A DNA stretch of 64,000 bases, from the NCBI GenBank assembly GCA_965113315.1, contig OZ220365.1; one strand, 5' to 3'. Made by a program: the position numbers and the translations under genes. This document shows positions 63,434 through 64,000 of this stretch, piece by piece. The notes beneath the pieces are model-generated. The model had not been told where the DNA came from. It saw nothing but the letters and a program-made list of their open reading frames with translations, and made no database searches. Each line of letters starts with the position of its first letter. The first letter of the stretch is position 1. The DNA comes from Podarcis vaucheri (taxonomy: Eukaryota).

Positions 63434-63630
63434 CCTAATATGGAATTTGCATTTTCCACTGTCACTACTCATTCAGTTGGTGATTTCATTGATCATTACC
63501 ACAACTCCAATATCTCTTTCCTGGAGAGCATCAGCCAGTTCAGATCCCATCAATGTGTCTGTGAATTTGTGGTGTTTTGCTCCAATACACATTATATTGA
63601 ATTTCATTTGCCTTCTCACTATTACTCTTT
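63434..63630 (-). mobile_element. CR1 ORF2 fragment
   Basis: Minus strand QMKFNIMCIGAKHHKFTDTLMGSELADALQERDIGVVV...ANSILG. Confidence 0.85.
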
Positions 63631-63886
63631 CAAATGGATCAAGGCAGTTTGGAGATTAACATTTGGAGTGAAAATTCCCAGGTGCTTGCACCTATAAACT
63701 TGTGCATTTTGTTTTGCAAACCCAAAAGAAAGATAAGCAGTGCTTCAGCTTTATACCTGACCTCCTACGGTTCACATTTCATGTAGCTCAGTACTAAACT
63801 CACCCTCAACACAGTATCCTGCATTTATATGCTGGTATTGCGAATTTTAAGATTGCACAGTATTTTGAGAAATGTAGCCTATACAT

Positions 63887-64000
63887 CAGGCATCCCCAAA
63901 CTCGGCCCTCCAGATGTTTTGGGACTACAGTTCCCATCATCCCTGACCACTGGTTCTGTTAGCTAGGGATGATGGGAGTTGTAGTCCCAAAACATCTGGT
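63887..64000. mobile_element. Young URR1-like hAT MITE, running to the window edge
   Basis: CAGGCATCCCCAAACTCGGCCC start. Near-perfect ~35-bp internal inverted repeat ccagatgttttgggactaca..cccatcatccct / agggatgatggg..tgtagtcccaaaacatctgg. Confidence 0.9.

Noticed and set aside
42336-64000. NKAIN2 exon 4 (…HRSWWMENGPGC…) or other upstream exons
   Set aside because: I found no matching peptide by eye or in the ORF track. The intron is over 21 kb and continues beyond the window.

Overview
AT-rich vertebrate genomic DNA, most likely from a lacertid lizard (Podarcis/Lacerta/Zootoca-like), inferred from a lacertid-type Sauria SINE, a Squam3-like SINE and typical squamate L1/L2/CR1/MITE families. 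The only recognisable protein-coding gene is the 3' end of NKAIN2 on the minus strand. Three coding exons (42335-42275, 22411-22330, 18912-18903) splice in phase to give [51 protein letters not shown] 3' UTR follows, probably reaching about 15155. The upstream exon (human exon 4) is not in the window, so 42336-64000 is intron. The rest is intronic or intergenic DNA with about 30 transposon fragments, several with intact target-site duplications. Almost all ORFs in the supplied track are spurious. The most interesting signal is a possible splicing-controlled C-terminal switch in NKAIN2: dense NOVA-type YCAY clusters around exon 5 (which has a weak AAG acceptor), RBFOX TGCATG sites on both sides of exon 6, and a terminal exon readable in three frames (MSK*, a 34-aa Cys/basic tail, a 124-aa tail). 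There is also a phase-compatible chain of unannotated downstream exons (15905-15747 and 2911-2875). These are hypotheses from sequence only and need RNA-seq and conservation data. Exon numbers follow the human gene from memory.
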